DNA of 58,020 nt. Origin: Alphaproteobacteria bacterium. GTDB lineage: Bacteria > Patescibacteriota > Minisyncoccia > Phycocordibacterales > JABAAK01. The DNA is taken from the NCBI GenBank assembly GCA_030054135.1, contig JASGCN010000003.1, positions 27,758 to 85,777 on the forward strand, in the 5' to 3' direction. Below, in pieces: positions 37,658 through 46,489 of the stretch. The position numbers and the translations under genes are program-made. Under the pieces are notes generated by a model. It was given only the letters and a program-made list of their open reading frames with translations, was not told where the DNA came from and made no database searches. Position 1 is the stretch's first letter, and every line of letters starts with the position of its first letter.

Positions 37658-39307
37658 TTATTGTGAGATAAAGTCAAGATCACGTTGAAATGATTGTGCA
37701 TTTGCAAGCACCGCACGGCAATAAGATAATGCCACCGCACTTCCCCAATTTCCTCCTGCGTAATATCTTCTTGCCGCTTTACATTCATCTTGATTGGCAC
37801 CCAACTCTACTAAATAAATCGCTGAAACCATCAATGCGTCTCGTGCAGACCATGGATTGGAAATACCCGTACCTCCAGTGTATCTTCGTATAACATCGGA
37901 TGATGCTCTGTACTCCCACGGGCCAACAGCAAATGCGTACTCATTGATTGCATTGCGGGTAACTGTTGAAACCTTTCCTGTTCCTTTTGAATACCCACTC
38001 GGATAGAGTACACGTTTTGCAAATTTTTCTTGAAAGCGAGATACTGCTTGAGCAACAAGTTCTGTATACTCATATGTTTCATTTCCTGGAGAGTGAGCAC
38101 CCTCTTGAGTAATAATAAATCCATGTTCATTTAAAAATTTTTGCAATCTATACACTTGTGTTCCATTTGACCCAATGCTCAAATCTTCTTTCGTGGTAAG
38201 TATATCATTGCTAGATATTTTATTACATCTTCCTGTTTTTGTATTTATAAATCCACCGTAACACACCCACGTTGATGGAATAAATTGGGCAGGCCCCATA
38301 GCTCCCCCCCATCCAAACCCAGGGTTGGCAGAAACTTTTGTTGTATCAGGATCAAGTCCAAGTGCTTTTGTAATAAAAGGAAATATTGGCGCATCGCGAG
38401 TTGGATGCGTATCTTTGTACCAATATCCTGTTCCTACATTTTTTCCCAAATCTGATTCATGTTTAATGAGCCCGAGTAAAAATGCTGGGCGGATACCTGT
38501 TTTTTCATGTGCAACTTTTGCAAATGCCAATGCATCTTTGAATTGAATAGGACCAGCGCCTCGTAAAGTAAATAACCTATTTTGAATATCAGCAATTCTT
38601 TGAGCTCTGGCAGAAATACTTGTCGTGATTTTCTTTTCAACTTCCTTTTGTAAATTGTATACTGATTCTTTTTCTTTTTTCTTTTCTTCCACTTGCTGTT
38701 TAAAGACAATTAATTGTCTTTTTGCATACTCTTCTTCAACTCTTTTATCAGAAAGATTTATAATATTTTCATTTAATTGATGGGTAATCTCATTTATTTT
38801 TTTGATTGAAGACTCAAGTTGGGAGTTGATAGATTCGTAGTCGTTAATTCTATCAAAAAATGAAGACAGTAGGTTTTTAGAAAGAAGTGTTGGAATAATC
38901 CCCCGCCGTTCTTGTGCATCAATACGACGGACAAGTTCAGCATATAAACTCTGCTCGGTTTCTAATTTTTTTCTTAATGTATCAATACTTTCCCTTTTTT
39001 CTCCAATTTCGTTATTTAATCGTTTGATTTGCAACTCAGATGTTTTTACTTCAATTTGAGCTTTCGTTGCTTCTTTGGCAATGACCTGTATTTCTGTTTT
39101 TGTTTTTTGGCTAAATCCTTTTTGTTTTTCAAGTTCTTGTTGTTCTTTTTGAATAATATCTTGACATGCTTCTAATGCTCGTTGTAATTCGTATTCATCT
39201 GTTGGTAAATTATCTGTACAATCATACGCGTACACTGGTATGTGTATTACATATGCACTAATAATAAAAAAACAAATAAAGAAAAAATTACTTACTCGCT
39301 TCATCAT
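37658..39307 (-). CDS. Secreted/anchored murein hydrolase: long coiled coil plus lytic-transglycosylase-like domain with a PG_binding_1-like insert
   Basis: N-terminal hydrophobic segment and ~200 aa of heptad-rich sequence. Then LIKHESDLG...GAMGPAQFIPSTW (MltB/SLT-like) and VYRLQKFLNEHGF (peptidoglycan-binding repeat). The first ATG is at 39307. Confidence 0.65.
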   Translation of the reverse strand: MMKRVSNFFFICFFIISAYVIHIPVYAYDCTDNLPTDEYELQRALEACQDIIQKEQQELEKQKGFSQKTKTEIQVIAKEATKAQIEVKTSELQIKRLNNEIGEKRESIDTLRKKLETEQSLYAELVRRIDAQERRGIIPTLLSKNLLSSFFDRINDYESINSQLESSIKKINEITHQLNENIINLSDKRVEEEYAKRQLIVFKQQVEEKKKEKESVYNLQKEVEKKITTSISARAQRIADIQNRLFTLRGAGPIQFKDALAFAKVAHEKTGIRPAFLLGLIKHESDLGKNVGTGYWYKDTHPTRDAPIFPFITKALGLDPDTTKVSANPGFGWGGAMGPAQFIPSTWVCYGGFINTKTGRCNKISSNDILTTKEDLSIGSNGTQVYRLQKFLNEHGFIITQEGAHSPGNETYEYTELVAQAVSRFQEKFAKRVLYPSGYSKGTGKVSTVTRNAINEYAFAVGPWEYRASSDVIRRYTGGTGISNPWSARDALMVSAIYLVELGANQDECKAARRYYAGGNWGSAVALSYCRAVLANAQSFQRDLDFISQ

Positions 39308-39944
39308 CAATCACAGGTTCTTCTTTTTTACCTTTGGTACTTGAAGATTCTATTTTTTCTGGATCGAATGCAACAGGGGTTTCTTCTATTGATTCTTCAA
39401 CATGAGGAACAATTGAAATAACCACTTCTGATTTTTCTGGCTCTACAAGTTCAACACCAGTTGGTAATGTAATATCTCCTGCAAGAATATGTGAATTCAA
39501 TTCAGTTAACGATTCAACTGACACATCAATGTGAGACGGGATATGCTGTGGAAGAGCCTTTATCAATATCTCACTATGAATAATAGTTAGAATACCGCCA
39601 AGTTTTACTCCTGGGGCTTCTCCAACTGGCATCAACGGTACATGATGTTCTACCGCATGTGTCGTATCTACAAAAAGAAAATCTACATGGCGAATTGTTC
39701 CTTGTACTGGGTCATAATCAACTGCGTGCATAAGCACTTTACTTGATATATCTCCTTCAGTTTGAATCAATACTGATGATTTTTTTATAACGCGAGCAAG
39801 TTCTCTTGAATCAACTTGAAAATTTTGTGCTTCTTTTTTTAATCCATAACACACTACTGGTATTATCCCTTGACTTCGTAAAGCATGCACCCCCTTGCCG
39901 AGTACAGTTCTTTTTTTAAGTGTAATAGTTGGAGTAGCTTCCAT
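39288..39944 (-). CDS. rplY: 50S ribosomal protein L25/Ctc-type with an acidic C-terminal tail
   Basis: LKKRTVLGKGVHALRSQGIIPVVCYG N-terminal signature. The track ORF starts at a GTG (40007); the ATG at 39944 is preferred. Confidence 0.8.
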   Translation of the reverse strand: MEATPTITLKKRTVLGKGVHALRSQGIIPVVCYGLKKEAQNFQVDSRELARVIKKSSVLIQTEGDISSKVLMHAVDYDPVQGTIRHVDFLFVDTTHAVEHHVPLMPVGEAPGVKLGGILTIIHSEILIKALPQHIPSHIDVSVESLTELNSHILAGDITLPTGVELVEPEKSEVVISIVPHVEESIEETPVAFDPEKIESSSTKGKKEEPVIDDEASK

Positions 39945-39953
39945 ATATAGCGT

Positions 39954-39962
39954 ATCATAACA
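39954..39962 (-). promoter_or_regulatory. Putative extended -10 element (TGtTATGAT) for rplY
   Basis: Reverse complement of 39954-39962 reads TGTTATGAT; 9 nt to the ATG at 39944. Confidence 0.4.
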
Positions 39963-40013
39963 AAGCAATGAAATAACAGCAATAGCCCCCCATACCCATG
40001 ACAGCACAATATA

Positions 40014-40985
40014 CTACAAAATTGGTGTGATAGGTTTTTTACCTTTACAAACTGCTATTACATTGTCTGCAACAAGTTCAGCCATAGCCTGACGAGTTTC
40101 AACACTTGCTGAAGCAGTATGCGGTGTCAGGACTGTTCTCGTTGATTTTTTCAATTGAGCAGGTACATGTGGTTCATGTTCAAATACATCTAATCCGGCG
40201 GAAAAAATGTTTCCTTTATGCAGTGCAGATATAAGATTTTTTTCATTAATGATTGGCCCCCGTGCTGCGTTTACAATAATTGCATTTTTTTTCATTTTTT
40301 TAAATATTGAAGTATTGATTGAGTGAAATGTTGTTGACAACAATGGCAAATGTATTGAGAATATATCAGAAAGTGCTGCAAGACTTCTTACATTTTTAAT
40401 AAATTTTGCATTGCATTTTTTTTCTAAACTATGATTTCTTGTAATATCATAGTAATAGACATTCATATCAAAACCTTTGTGTAATATTTCAGCAACACGA
40501 GCACCGATGCGTCCTGCTCCTGCAATGCCTACTATTTTATTTTTTAAATCGTGGCCAAGAAGTAATTCTGGTTTCCATCCGCGAAATTTATTTTTTCTTA
40601 CATATTGATCTGATTCAATCAAACGAGTTGCGCACGCAAGTATAAGGGCTACAGTATGCTCCGCCACAGTATTGGTAAGTACGTCGGGTGTATTTGTTAC
40701 CACAATACCATTGTTGCGCGCGCGTGCAATATCAATATTATTAAATCCAACTGCATAATTTGCGCATACCTTTGTTCCTACTTTTTTTGCTACATCAAGC
40801 ACTGATGCGTTTATTTCGTCTACCAACAAAGAAACAATCGCCATTGGTTTATATTTTTGTAAAGCAAGAACAATTTCTTTTTCAGAGAGGGTTTCTTTTT
40901 TTAATACAGTAACATTAAATCCTTGTTTTTTTATTTTTTGTATTGCATTCGCTGGTATCGCATGTAAAAATAATACACGCTTCAT
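40014..40985 (-). CDS. D-isomer-specific 2-hydroxyacid dehydrogenase (glyoxylate/hydroxypyruvate reductase-like)
   Basis: NAD-binding GIAGAGRIGARVAE and a catalytic R...E...H arrangement (ARGPIINE ... LTPHTAS). Confidence 0.85.
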   Translation of the reverse strand: MKRVLFLHAIPANAIQKIKKQGFNVTVLKKETLSEKEIVLALQKYKPMAIVSLLVDEINASVLDVAKKVGTKVCANYAVGFNNIDIARARNNGIVVTNTPDVLTNTVAEHTVALILACATRLIESDQYVRKNKFRGWKPELLLGHDLKNKIVGIAGAGRIGARVAEILHKGFDMNVYYYDITRNHSLEKKCNAKFIKNVRSLAALSDIFSIHLPLLSTTFHSINTSIFKKMKKNAIIVNAARGPIINEKNLISALHKGNIFSAGLDVFEHEPHVPAQLKKSTRTVLTPHTASASVETRQAMAELVADNVIAVCKGKKPITPIL

Positions 40986-40988
40986 ATA

Positions 40989-41696
40989 TTAATTTTCTTT
41001 TTTATTTAATATTGCTAGTTCTTCTTTTAATTTTGCTAAACTTTCTTCAAAAGACATTTTTTTAGTCCCAACATGTGGCATAGGTGTTGTGTGCATGCCA
41101 TCTGTAGATGTATCAGTCATTCTGTTTTGTTCTTTGAGATGATTTTGTACGTCTTTTTCAAGAGATGAAAGTTGTTTTTCAATTAACGCAAAATAATCCT
41201 CTTGTGTGGAAGTGCTGTCATTTTTTTGTGGAGTATTAGTTTTTGGAGTAGTTATTTGTTTTTGTAAATCAGCAATTTCCTTTTCTAAATTTGTCAGTTC
41301 TTTCTCTAAAGCTGATATAGTACCATTACTTGGATTTGATGCATTGGTATCTTCATCTGAAGAGTCCATAGCAGCTTTTGCAAGCTCATTTTCTAAACGA
41401 GTAAGTGCTTGATCAAATTGTTCATCAGATAATCTCGTAGCACCATTTATTTTATAATTAAAGGCCCATTGTGAAGGGATTGTTATTTTTGCTTTATCTT
41501 CTGAAATTAATTCAAGAGTTTTATCTTCAGGAGAATAATTTTCTACGGTAAAATTTTTTTCAAAAAGTTCATGGAGAGAGCTTACTTTTGCAGAAGAGAG
41601 AAATGTTTCCAATAATGTATCAAAATATTGAACGATTGCTCGTTCATTATCTTTGTGGATGCGAACATTGGTTCCTATGGTGAATATTTTATTCAT
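40989..41696 (-). CDS. Hypothetical coiled-coil protein
   Basis: 235-aa ORF; a globular N-terminal ~100 aa, then E/K/L-rich heptad segments separated by S/T/N-rich linkers; no motif. Confidence 0.55.
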   Translation of the reverse strand: MNKIFTIGTNVRIHKDNERAIVQYFDTLLETFLSSAKVSSLHELFEKNFTVENYSPEDKTLELISEDKAKITIPSQWAFNYKINGATRLSDEQFDQALTRLENELAKAAMDSSDEDTNASNPSNGTISALEKELTNLEKEIADLQKQITTPKTNTPQKNDSTSTQEDYFALIEKQLSSLEKDVQNHLKEQNRMTDTSTDGMHTTPMPHVGTKKMSFEESLAKLKEELAILNKKEN

Positions 41697-41787
41697 ACTA
41701 TTTATTTTGTATATACTTCTACAGTAGCATTACTTTCTTTTTAAAAATATATTTTAAAAAAGAGATTGTGGATAACTTTTTTCAATG

Positions 41788-42864
41788 TTAGACACGAAAC
41801 TCTATAACATCTCCATCTGTAACAATATATTCTTTCCCTTCAACTCGAACTTTCCCTTGTGCACGAGCACCCGAATAGCCATGAGAGGCAAGTAAATCTG
41901 CACACGCGACTACCTCTGCTCGTATAAATTTTTTCTCAAAATCAGTGTGAATTGCACGCCCCGCTTGTGGAGCAGTTGACCCCGCAAGATATGTCCACGC
42001 CCGCGTTTCATCTTCCCCTGTGGTAAAATATGTTTGTAATTTTAATATACGATATGCTTCTGTAATAAGAGTATCCACACCATCCCCTTCAATACCAAGT
42101 TCTTTGCGTAATGTTTCTTTTTGTTCTTCTATTTCACTTAATTCTTGTTCATTTGCAACATCCACCACAACGCACGGTATATTTTTTTCTGTAGCGTATT
42201 TTCGTAATTCATTGAGTAAGTCATTGTTGGTGTTTGATGAGATATTCGCAACAAGAAGAGTTGGTTTGTGTGTTAAAAATCCCAATCCATTATATAAGGC
42301 GCGTTCTTCGGTGGAGATATCTGTATCATGCAATAGATCACCTGAGGAAAGTATGGTAACTGTTTTTTCTAATATGTCTTTTTCTACTATTGCTTCTTTT
42401 TTTCCTGCACGAACATCAGATGCCAATTTGTCTAATCTTTTTTGAGCAATTTGAATATCAGCAAGAGCTAGCTCTGCATTGATAATCCCGATATCTCTCA
42501 CTGGAGATGGAGCTCCTTCCACATGAATAATATCATTGTGATGATACGCCCGCACTACATGTGCAATAGCATCTACTTCTCGAATGTGAGATAAAAATGC
42601 GTTTCCTAACCCTTCTCCGTTTGATGCCCCGCGTACAAGCCCTGCAATATCAACAAACTGTACAGCTGCTGGAATTGTTTTTTTTGAATGTGATAGTTTA
42701 CTCAATGCTTCAAGACGAGTATCCGGAACAATTACCACTCCAACGGAAGGATCAATAGTACAAAAAGGAAAATTTTCTGCAGGGACTTTTTTTTTAGTGA
42801 GTGCATTAAAAAGAGTACTCTTTCCTGCATTTGGGAGACCAACAATACCAATAGAAAGATTCAT
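41788..42864 (-). CDS. ychF: Ribosome-binding ATPase YchF
   Basis: GIVGLPNAGKSTLFNALT G1 motif, coiled-coil insert and C-terminal TGS-like domain. The track start is a TTG (42870); the ATG at 42864 is preferred. Confidence 0.92.
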   Translation of the reverse strand: MNLSIGIVGLPNAGKSTLFNALTKKKVPAENFPFCTIDPSVGVVIVPDTRLEALSKLSHSKKTIPAAVQFVDIAGLVRGASNGEGLGNAFLSHIREVDAIAHVVRAYHHNDIIHVEGAPSPVRDIGIINAELALADIQIAQKRLDKLASDVRAGKKEAIVEKDILEKTVTILSSGDLLHDTDISTEERALYNGLGFLTHKPTLLVANISSNTNNDLLNELRKYATEKNIPCVVVDVANEQELSEIEEQKETLRKELGIEGDGVDTLITEAYRILKLQTYFTTGEDETRAWTYLAGSTAPQAGRAIHTDFEKKFIRAEVVACADLLASHGYSGARAQGKVRVEGKEYIVTDGDVIEFRV

Positions 42865-42870
42865 AACCAA

Positions 42871-43446
42871 TTATGCCCCTCTTGTGCCTAACAATTCAAT
42901 CTCCTTAAACCATTTTTTCTTTTGTGCATCAGTTGCTTTTTTTGTTGGCCCAATACATGAAACTTTTACAGGCCCCATTCCACAATCTTTTAAAATACCA
43001 TTTTTCAATTCGTTAGTGTAATCTCCTATACGCAAGCGAAGAAGAAATGGATGTTGATCCCCGCAAATGTTTATAATGCGTCCAGTTTTATTTTTGAGCA
43101 ACGGATGCATAGTGCCATCAATAAATTTAAATGCAAACCCTGGAAGCCAGCATCTATCGAACAATCCTTTTAATTTTGCAGGCATAGTACTCCACCAGTT
43201 TGCATACACAAACACCACATGGTCTGCTGCGCGTACTGCGGATTGAAACGCGAGTAAATCTTTCTCTAATGGTTGAATTACTTCGTATCCTTTTTCAAGT
43301 ATTGGATTAAATTGCATGTCCCACACTGAAAAAAATGATACTTTGTGCCCTTTTGCTATTGCGGCTGTTTCATACGCCTTTGCAAGAGCATATGTAAATG
43401 AAGTTGTATTCGGATTAGCAACCACAATTACAATTTTTTTATTCAT
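42871..43446 (-). CDS. Flavodoxin-like fold NAD(P)H:quinone oxidoreductase family protein
   Basis: 191-aa ORF with an N-terminal KIVIVVANPNTTSFT and ADHVVFVYANWWSTMPAKLKGLFDR, typical of the Flavodoxin_2 family. Confidence 0.75.
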   Translation of the reverse strand: MNKKIVIVVANPNTTSFTYALAKAYETAAIAKGHKVSFFSVWDMQFNPILEKGYEVIQPLEKDLLAFQSAVRAADHVVFVYANWWSTMPAKLKGLFDRCWLPGFAFKFIDGTMHPLLKNKTGRIINICGDQHPFLLRLRIGDYTNELKNGILKDCGMGPVKVSCIGPTKKATDAQKKKWFKEIELLGTRGA

Positions 43447-43451
43447 AGTAT

Positions 43452-43964
43452 TTAGCTATTACTATTTGGGCGCATTGATGGAATGATATGATAATGAATA
43501 AAAAACAGTACCACATACATCGCCAGTACTGTACCAATATATAACACAACTGGCAAAAACACTTGAACGATAACCCCATACGTTGCAATATAACTTGTGA
43601 GTACCCCCACCGCATACCAATTCCCTGCAATAAGTGGAACTCCTTCTTTTTGTCTAATAAATTTTTTGGTAAGTAAAAAAGAAATAAACACTTGTGTAAT
43701 TAAAATAAACAACAAAAGCCCGTATAGAAAAATTTCAGATGTTTTGTCTGTAATAGCAATAATAAAAGAAACTGCTACAATAATTCCTAAGAAAAAATGA
43801 AGCCAACGAATTGTTCGATACACGAGGTGAATATACGGCAATGCGTCACTATCTTTAATTATTCCGTGTTTGAGTGTGTATACATAATGAACCACTGCAA
43901 TGGTGGAAGACCCGACAAGAGCTCCCGTTACCATCGCCTGTAAAAAGAAAAGTCCTGCAATCAT
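43452..43964 (-). CDS. Hypothetical polytopic membrane protein
   Basis: 170-aa ORF with 4-5 predicted TM helices; no motif. Confidence 0.55.
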   Translation of the reverse strand: MIAGLFFLQAMVTGALVGSSTIAVVHYVYTLKHGIIKDSDALPYIHLVYRTIRWLHFFLGIIVAVSFIIAITDKTSEIFLYGLLLFILITQVFISFLLTKKFIRQKEGVPLIAGNWYAVGVLTSYIATYGVIVQVFLPVVLYIGTVLAMYVVLFFIHYHIIPSMRPNSNS

Positions 43965-43986
43965 AATACCATTCTATAATAACACA

Positions 43987-44268
43987 CTAGAGTCCTTGTG
44001 AAAGAATTTTTTGTAATTCTCCTTGATATTTTTTCATTACAGTAATACTTGCCAAAAACTCGTTCTGTCCTTGTGATTTAAGTGTTTCTATTTCTTTTGT
44101 TATTTTTTCAAAAAATTCAGGATGTGTTTCTATTGCTTTCATAATAATCTGCTGTTGATTTGCTGGGAGTGATGCCAATTGTTTTTTTAATAGCATTTTT
44201 GTTGCACCTTGTTTGGCACTATTCGCTGCTCCATGTACTGCATTTTTAATGTTAGATAGTAATCCCAT
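43987..44268 (-). CDS. Hypothetical small helical protein
   Basis: 93-aa ORF with ATG start and K/Q/E-rich helical composition; no motif. Confidence 0.5.
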   Translation of the reverse strand: MGLLSNIKNAVHGAANSAKQGATKMLLKKQLASLPANQQQIIMKAIETHPEFFEKITKEIETLKSQGQNEFLASITVMKKYQGELQKILSQGL

Positions 44269-44312
44269 TGCTATATGGTATCACAGATAAAAGACCTGTA
44301 CAATAACCACTA

Positions 44313-44383
44313 CAGGCCGTCTTATAGTGGTATTATGCGCCCATGGGGTGGGTGTGACGCGAGTTCGATTCTCGCCGGCCTGA
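44313..44383 (+). tRNA. Probable tRNA-Pro (anticodon GGG) with a non-canonical AT-rich D-arm; CCA not encoded
   Basis: Acceptor CAGGCCG/CGGCCTG (C1-G72, as in bacterial tRNA-Pro), anticodon arm CGCCC-ATGGGGT-GGGTG (G37), T-arm GCGAG-TTCGATT-CTCGC, discriminator A. The D-stem TTAT/ATTA has a T-T mismatch, and two nt separate it from the anticodon stem. Confidence 0.6.
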
Positions 44384-44527
44384 CTACAACGGTACGCATC
44401 TGTGTGTTCTGTATAATTATTGTTGATGTTTTTATTTTGTATCATCGTGTATTACATATTTATTTAAAAATAAAAAACAACAACGAAATGGATGTTACTA
44501 TAATTGTATATACAACAAGAAAGATAT

Positions 44528-45931
44528 ATGCAAAAAACAAGCAAACAAATTGTATACCCTATCATGCTCGTAACTGCATTGTGTGCTTTTTTAGGAGCGT
44601 TCATCGTCTATACATTTTTTTATATAACATACAAGGAAACTACTCATGCGCTTCTCAACACTACTTTGCGATATGTAGAATACGATGTTTCCTTGCGCAA
44701 TATTTCAAATGAAAAAATATCCAATACTCAAACAAACTCAAACATTGAGGCTCGAGAATACCTCGGAAAAACTGGAGAAGTGTATTTTGTTGCTGAAAAT
44801 GGCGAGCTATTAACTGAATCTCGATTCAATGTTCCTGTTGGTACATATATACATACCAAACAAACAAACGCATGCATTATGAATAAAGATCCTATAAAAA
44901 ATATGTATAGAGATTACCGCTCAGTATTTGTCATCGGATCATACACAAAAACCGTATATAAAAAAAATAGTATATGTATCATTGCTGAAATTGACTTTCT
45001 TGAAATAGTGACCCCATTTTTGAAAATTGTGATTATTATTTTTGTTTCTTTTAGTGGATTATGTTTCTTTATTTTTATTTCCATGATAAGTCGGTTGCGT
45101 ATCATTTTATCTCCTCTGTATTATATTCGTTCATTTGCGGAACGAGTTACCAAAGGAGAGTACGACATCGAGTATCGCCCACCAAGTATGCCAAAAAATG
45201 AAATAGGAGATTTATCAATTGATGTGGGAAGAATGATTGGTCGTTTTCAAGAAATAGACACAAAAAAAGACATTATTAGTACTACATCTCATGAGCTTCG
45301 CACCCCGCTCACTGTTACGAAAGGATATATCGATCTTATAGAAAAAGACTCTGCAACCACATTAAGTATTGAAAGTAAAAAATACCTGGCAGAAACAAAA
45401 AAACAAATCAACACATTGCTTATCTCCATTACAAACATTCTTAATATTAGAAAAACTGAAACAAGAAATATACCAGTGTATCCAACGCGTACCTCTATAC
45501 AACAAGCAATCGCCGATAGCTATACATCAATTCAAATACTTGCAACAAGTAAACACCAGGAGCTATTTTTGGATATACCTCACCCACATACAATGATTTC
45601 AATTGATACTAATATCCTAAAAAGAATTTTACTCAATGTTCTTTCAAATGCACATAAATATACGCAACAGTACGGACGCATTGTTCTTTCTGCTGATTAT
45701 GCACACGGCATACTCAGTATTGTGATACATGACAATGGCACGGGCATTCCTCTTGAAAAACAAAAAAATCTATTCTCACAATTCAAAAATTCAAGCGATA
45801 CTGTTACTTTAGAAAGTGCAGGCACAGGTCTCAATATTACTCAAAGGTTGGTAACGCTTCTCGGTGGAACCATCACCATTGCCTCTGAAGAAAAAAAAGG
45901 GACGCGGGTAACGATCACTTTGCCAGCGTAA
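44528..45931 (+). CDS. Sensor histidine kinase (2 TM, HAMP, HisKA, HATPase_c)
   Basis: H-box SHELRTPLT, N-box LLNVLSNAHKYT, G1 HDNGTGIP, G2 GTGLNITQ. The track start is a TTG (44504); the ATG at 44528 is preferred. Confidence 0.9.
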   Translation: MQKTSKQIVYPIMLVTALCAFLGAFIVYTFFYITYKETTHALLNTTLRYVEYDVSLRNISNEKISNTQTNSNIEAREYLGKTGEVYFVAENGELLTESRFNVPVGTYIHTKQTNACIMNKDPIKNMYRDYRSVFVIGSYTKTVYKKNSICIIAEIDFLEIVTPFLKIVIIIFVSFSGLCFFIFISMISRLRIILSPLYYIRSFAERVTKGEYDIEYRPPSMPKNEIGDLSIDVGRMIGRFQEIDTKKDIISTTSHELRTPLTVTKGYIDLIEKDSATTLSIESKKYLAETKKQINTLLISITNILNIRKTETRNIPVYPTRTSIQQAIADSYTSIQILATSKHQELFLDIPHPHTMISIDTNILKRILLNVLSNAHKYTQQYGRIVLSADYAHGILSIVIHDNGTGIPLEKQKNLFSQFKNSSDTVTLESAGTGLNITQRLVTLLGGTITIASEEKKGTRVTITLPA

Positions 45932-45962
45932 ATTGTGATACAATGTATATATAAACAACAAT

Positions 45963-46346
45963 ATGGAAAATAATAAAAGTATATATATCATCGAAGACAA
46001 CACAGCTTTGCAACAAATATATTCAATTTCATTTAAAAAAAATGGTTGGGAAGTGTATCAATCGTTTGATGGACTGCAGGCACTCACCGAAATATTTGAT
46101 GTTCACCCCACTGTTGTACTTCTTGATTTAATGATGCCAGAACTTGATGGATTTGAATTTTTAGAGACACTTAAAAAAAATACCTCCACTCCCCTTTTCA
46201 TTGTAGTGAATAGCAATCTCACTAGTGAACAAGATATACAAAAAGCAAAAATGTTAGGTGCTCACACATATCTCAAAAAATCTGAATACACAGGAGATCA
46301 ATTGGTGGAAAAAATAGAATCAATTCTTAAAACGCGTCGTTCTTAA
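45963..46346 (+). CDS. Receiver-only response regulator (CheY-like, no output domain)
   Basis: 127-aa ORF with IIEDN acidic pocket, phospho-acceptor context VVLLDLMMP and conserved Lys (YLKK). Confidence 0.9.
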   Translation: MENNKSIYIIEDNTALQQIYSISFKKNGWEVYQSFDGLQALTEIFDVHPTVVLLDLMMPELDGFEFLETLKKNTSTPLFIVVNSNLTSEQDIQKAKMLGAHTYLKKSEYTGDQLVEKIESILKTRRS

Positions 46347-46489
46347 TAATTTGAATACCCTTTAGTTGATACCATCAAAACTTTTCTGTTCGCAGTATTT
46401 TTTTATATACTTAATTTGGTTGATAATAAATTATCAGCTTCTTTTTGTTCTTCTGTTGATACTCTGGCGATGATTAATGATTTCATTTT

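Noticed and set aside
41697-41787. AT-only palindromes between ychF and the coiled-coil gene as a terminator or regulatory site
   Set aside because: The stems consist only of A/T runs (AAAAAG...CTTTTT, TTAAAATATATTTTAA), which are expected by chance at this base composition.
44275-44712. 145-aa plus-strand ORF upstream of the histidine kinase
   Set aside because: It runs through the tRNA-Pro gene (44313-44383) and into the kinase in another frame. Composition is implausible.
46361-46375. Shared TTAG..GATACCA string at 46361-46375 and at the end of repeat copy 2 (49417-49428) as alternative island att sites
   Set aside because: Only a 7-mer plus 4-mer match with indels. About one such match is expected by chance between two ~100-nt AT-rich regions.
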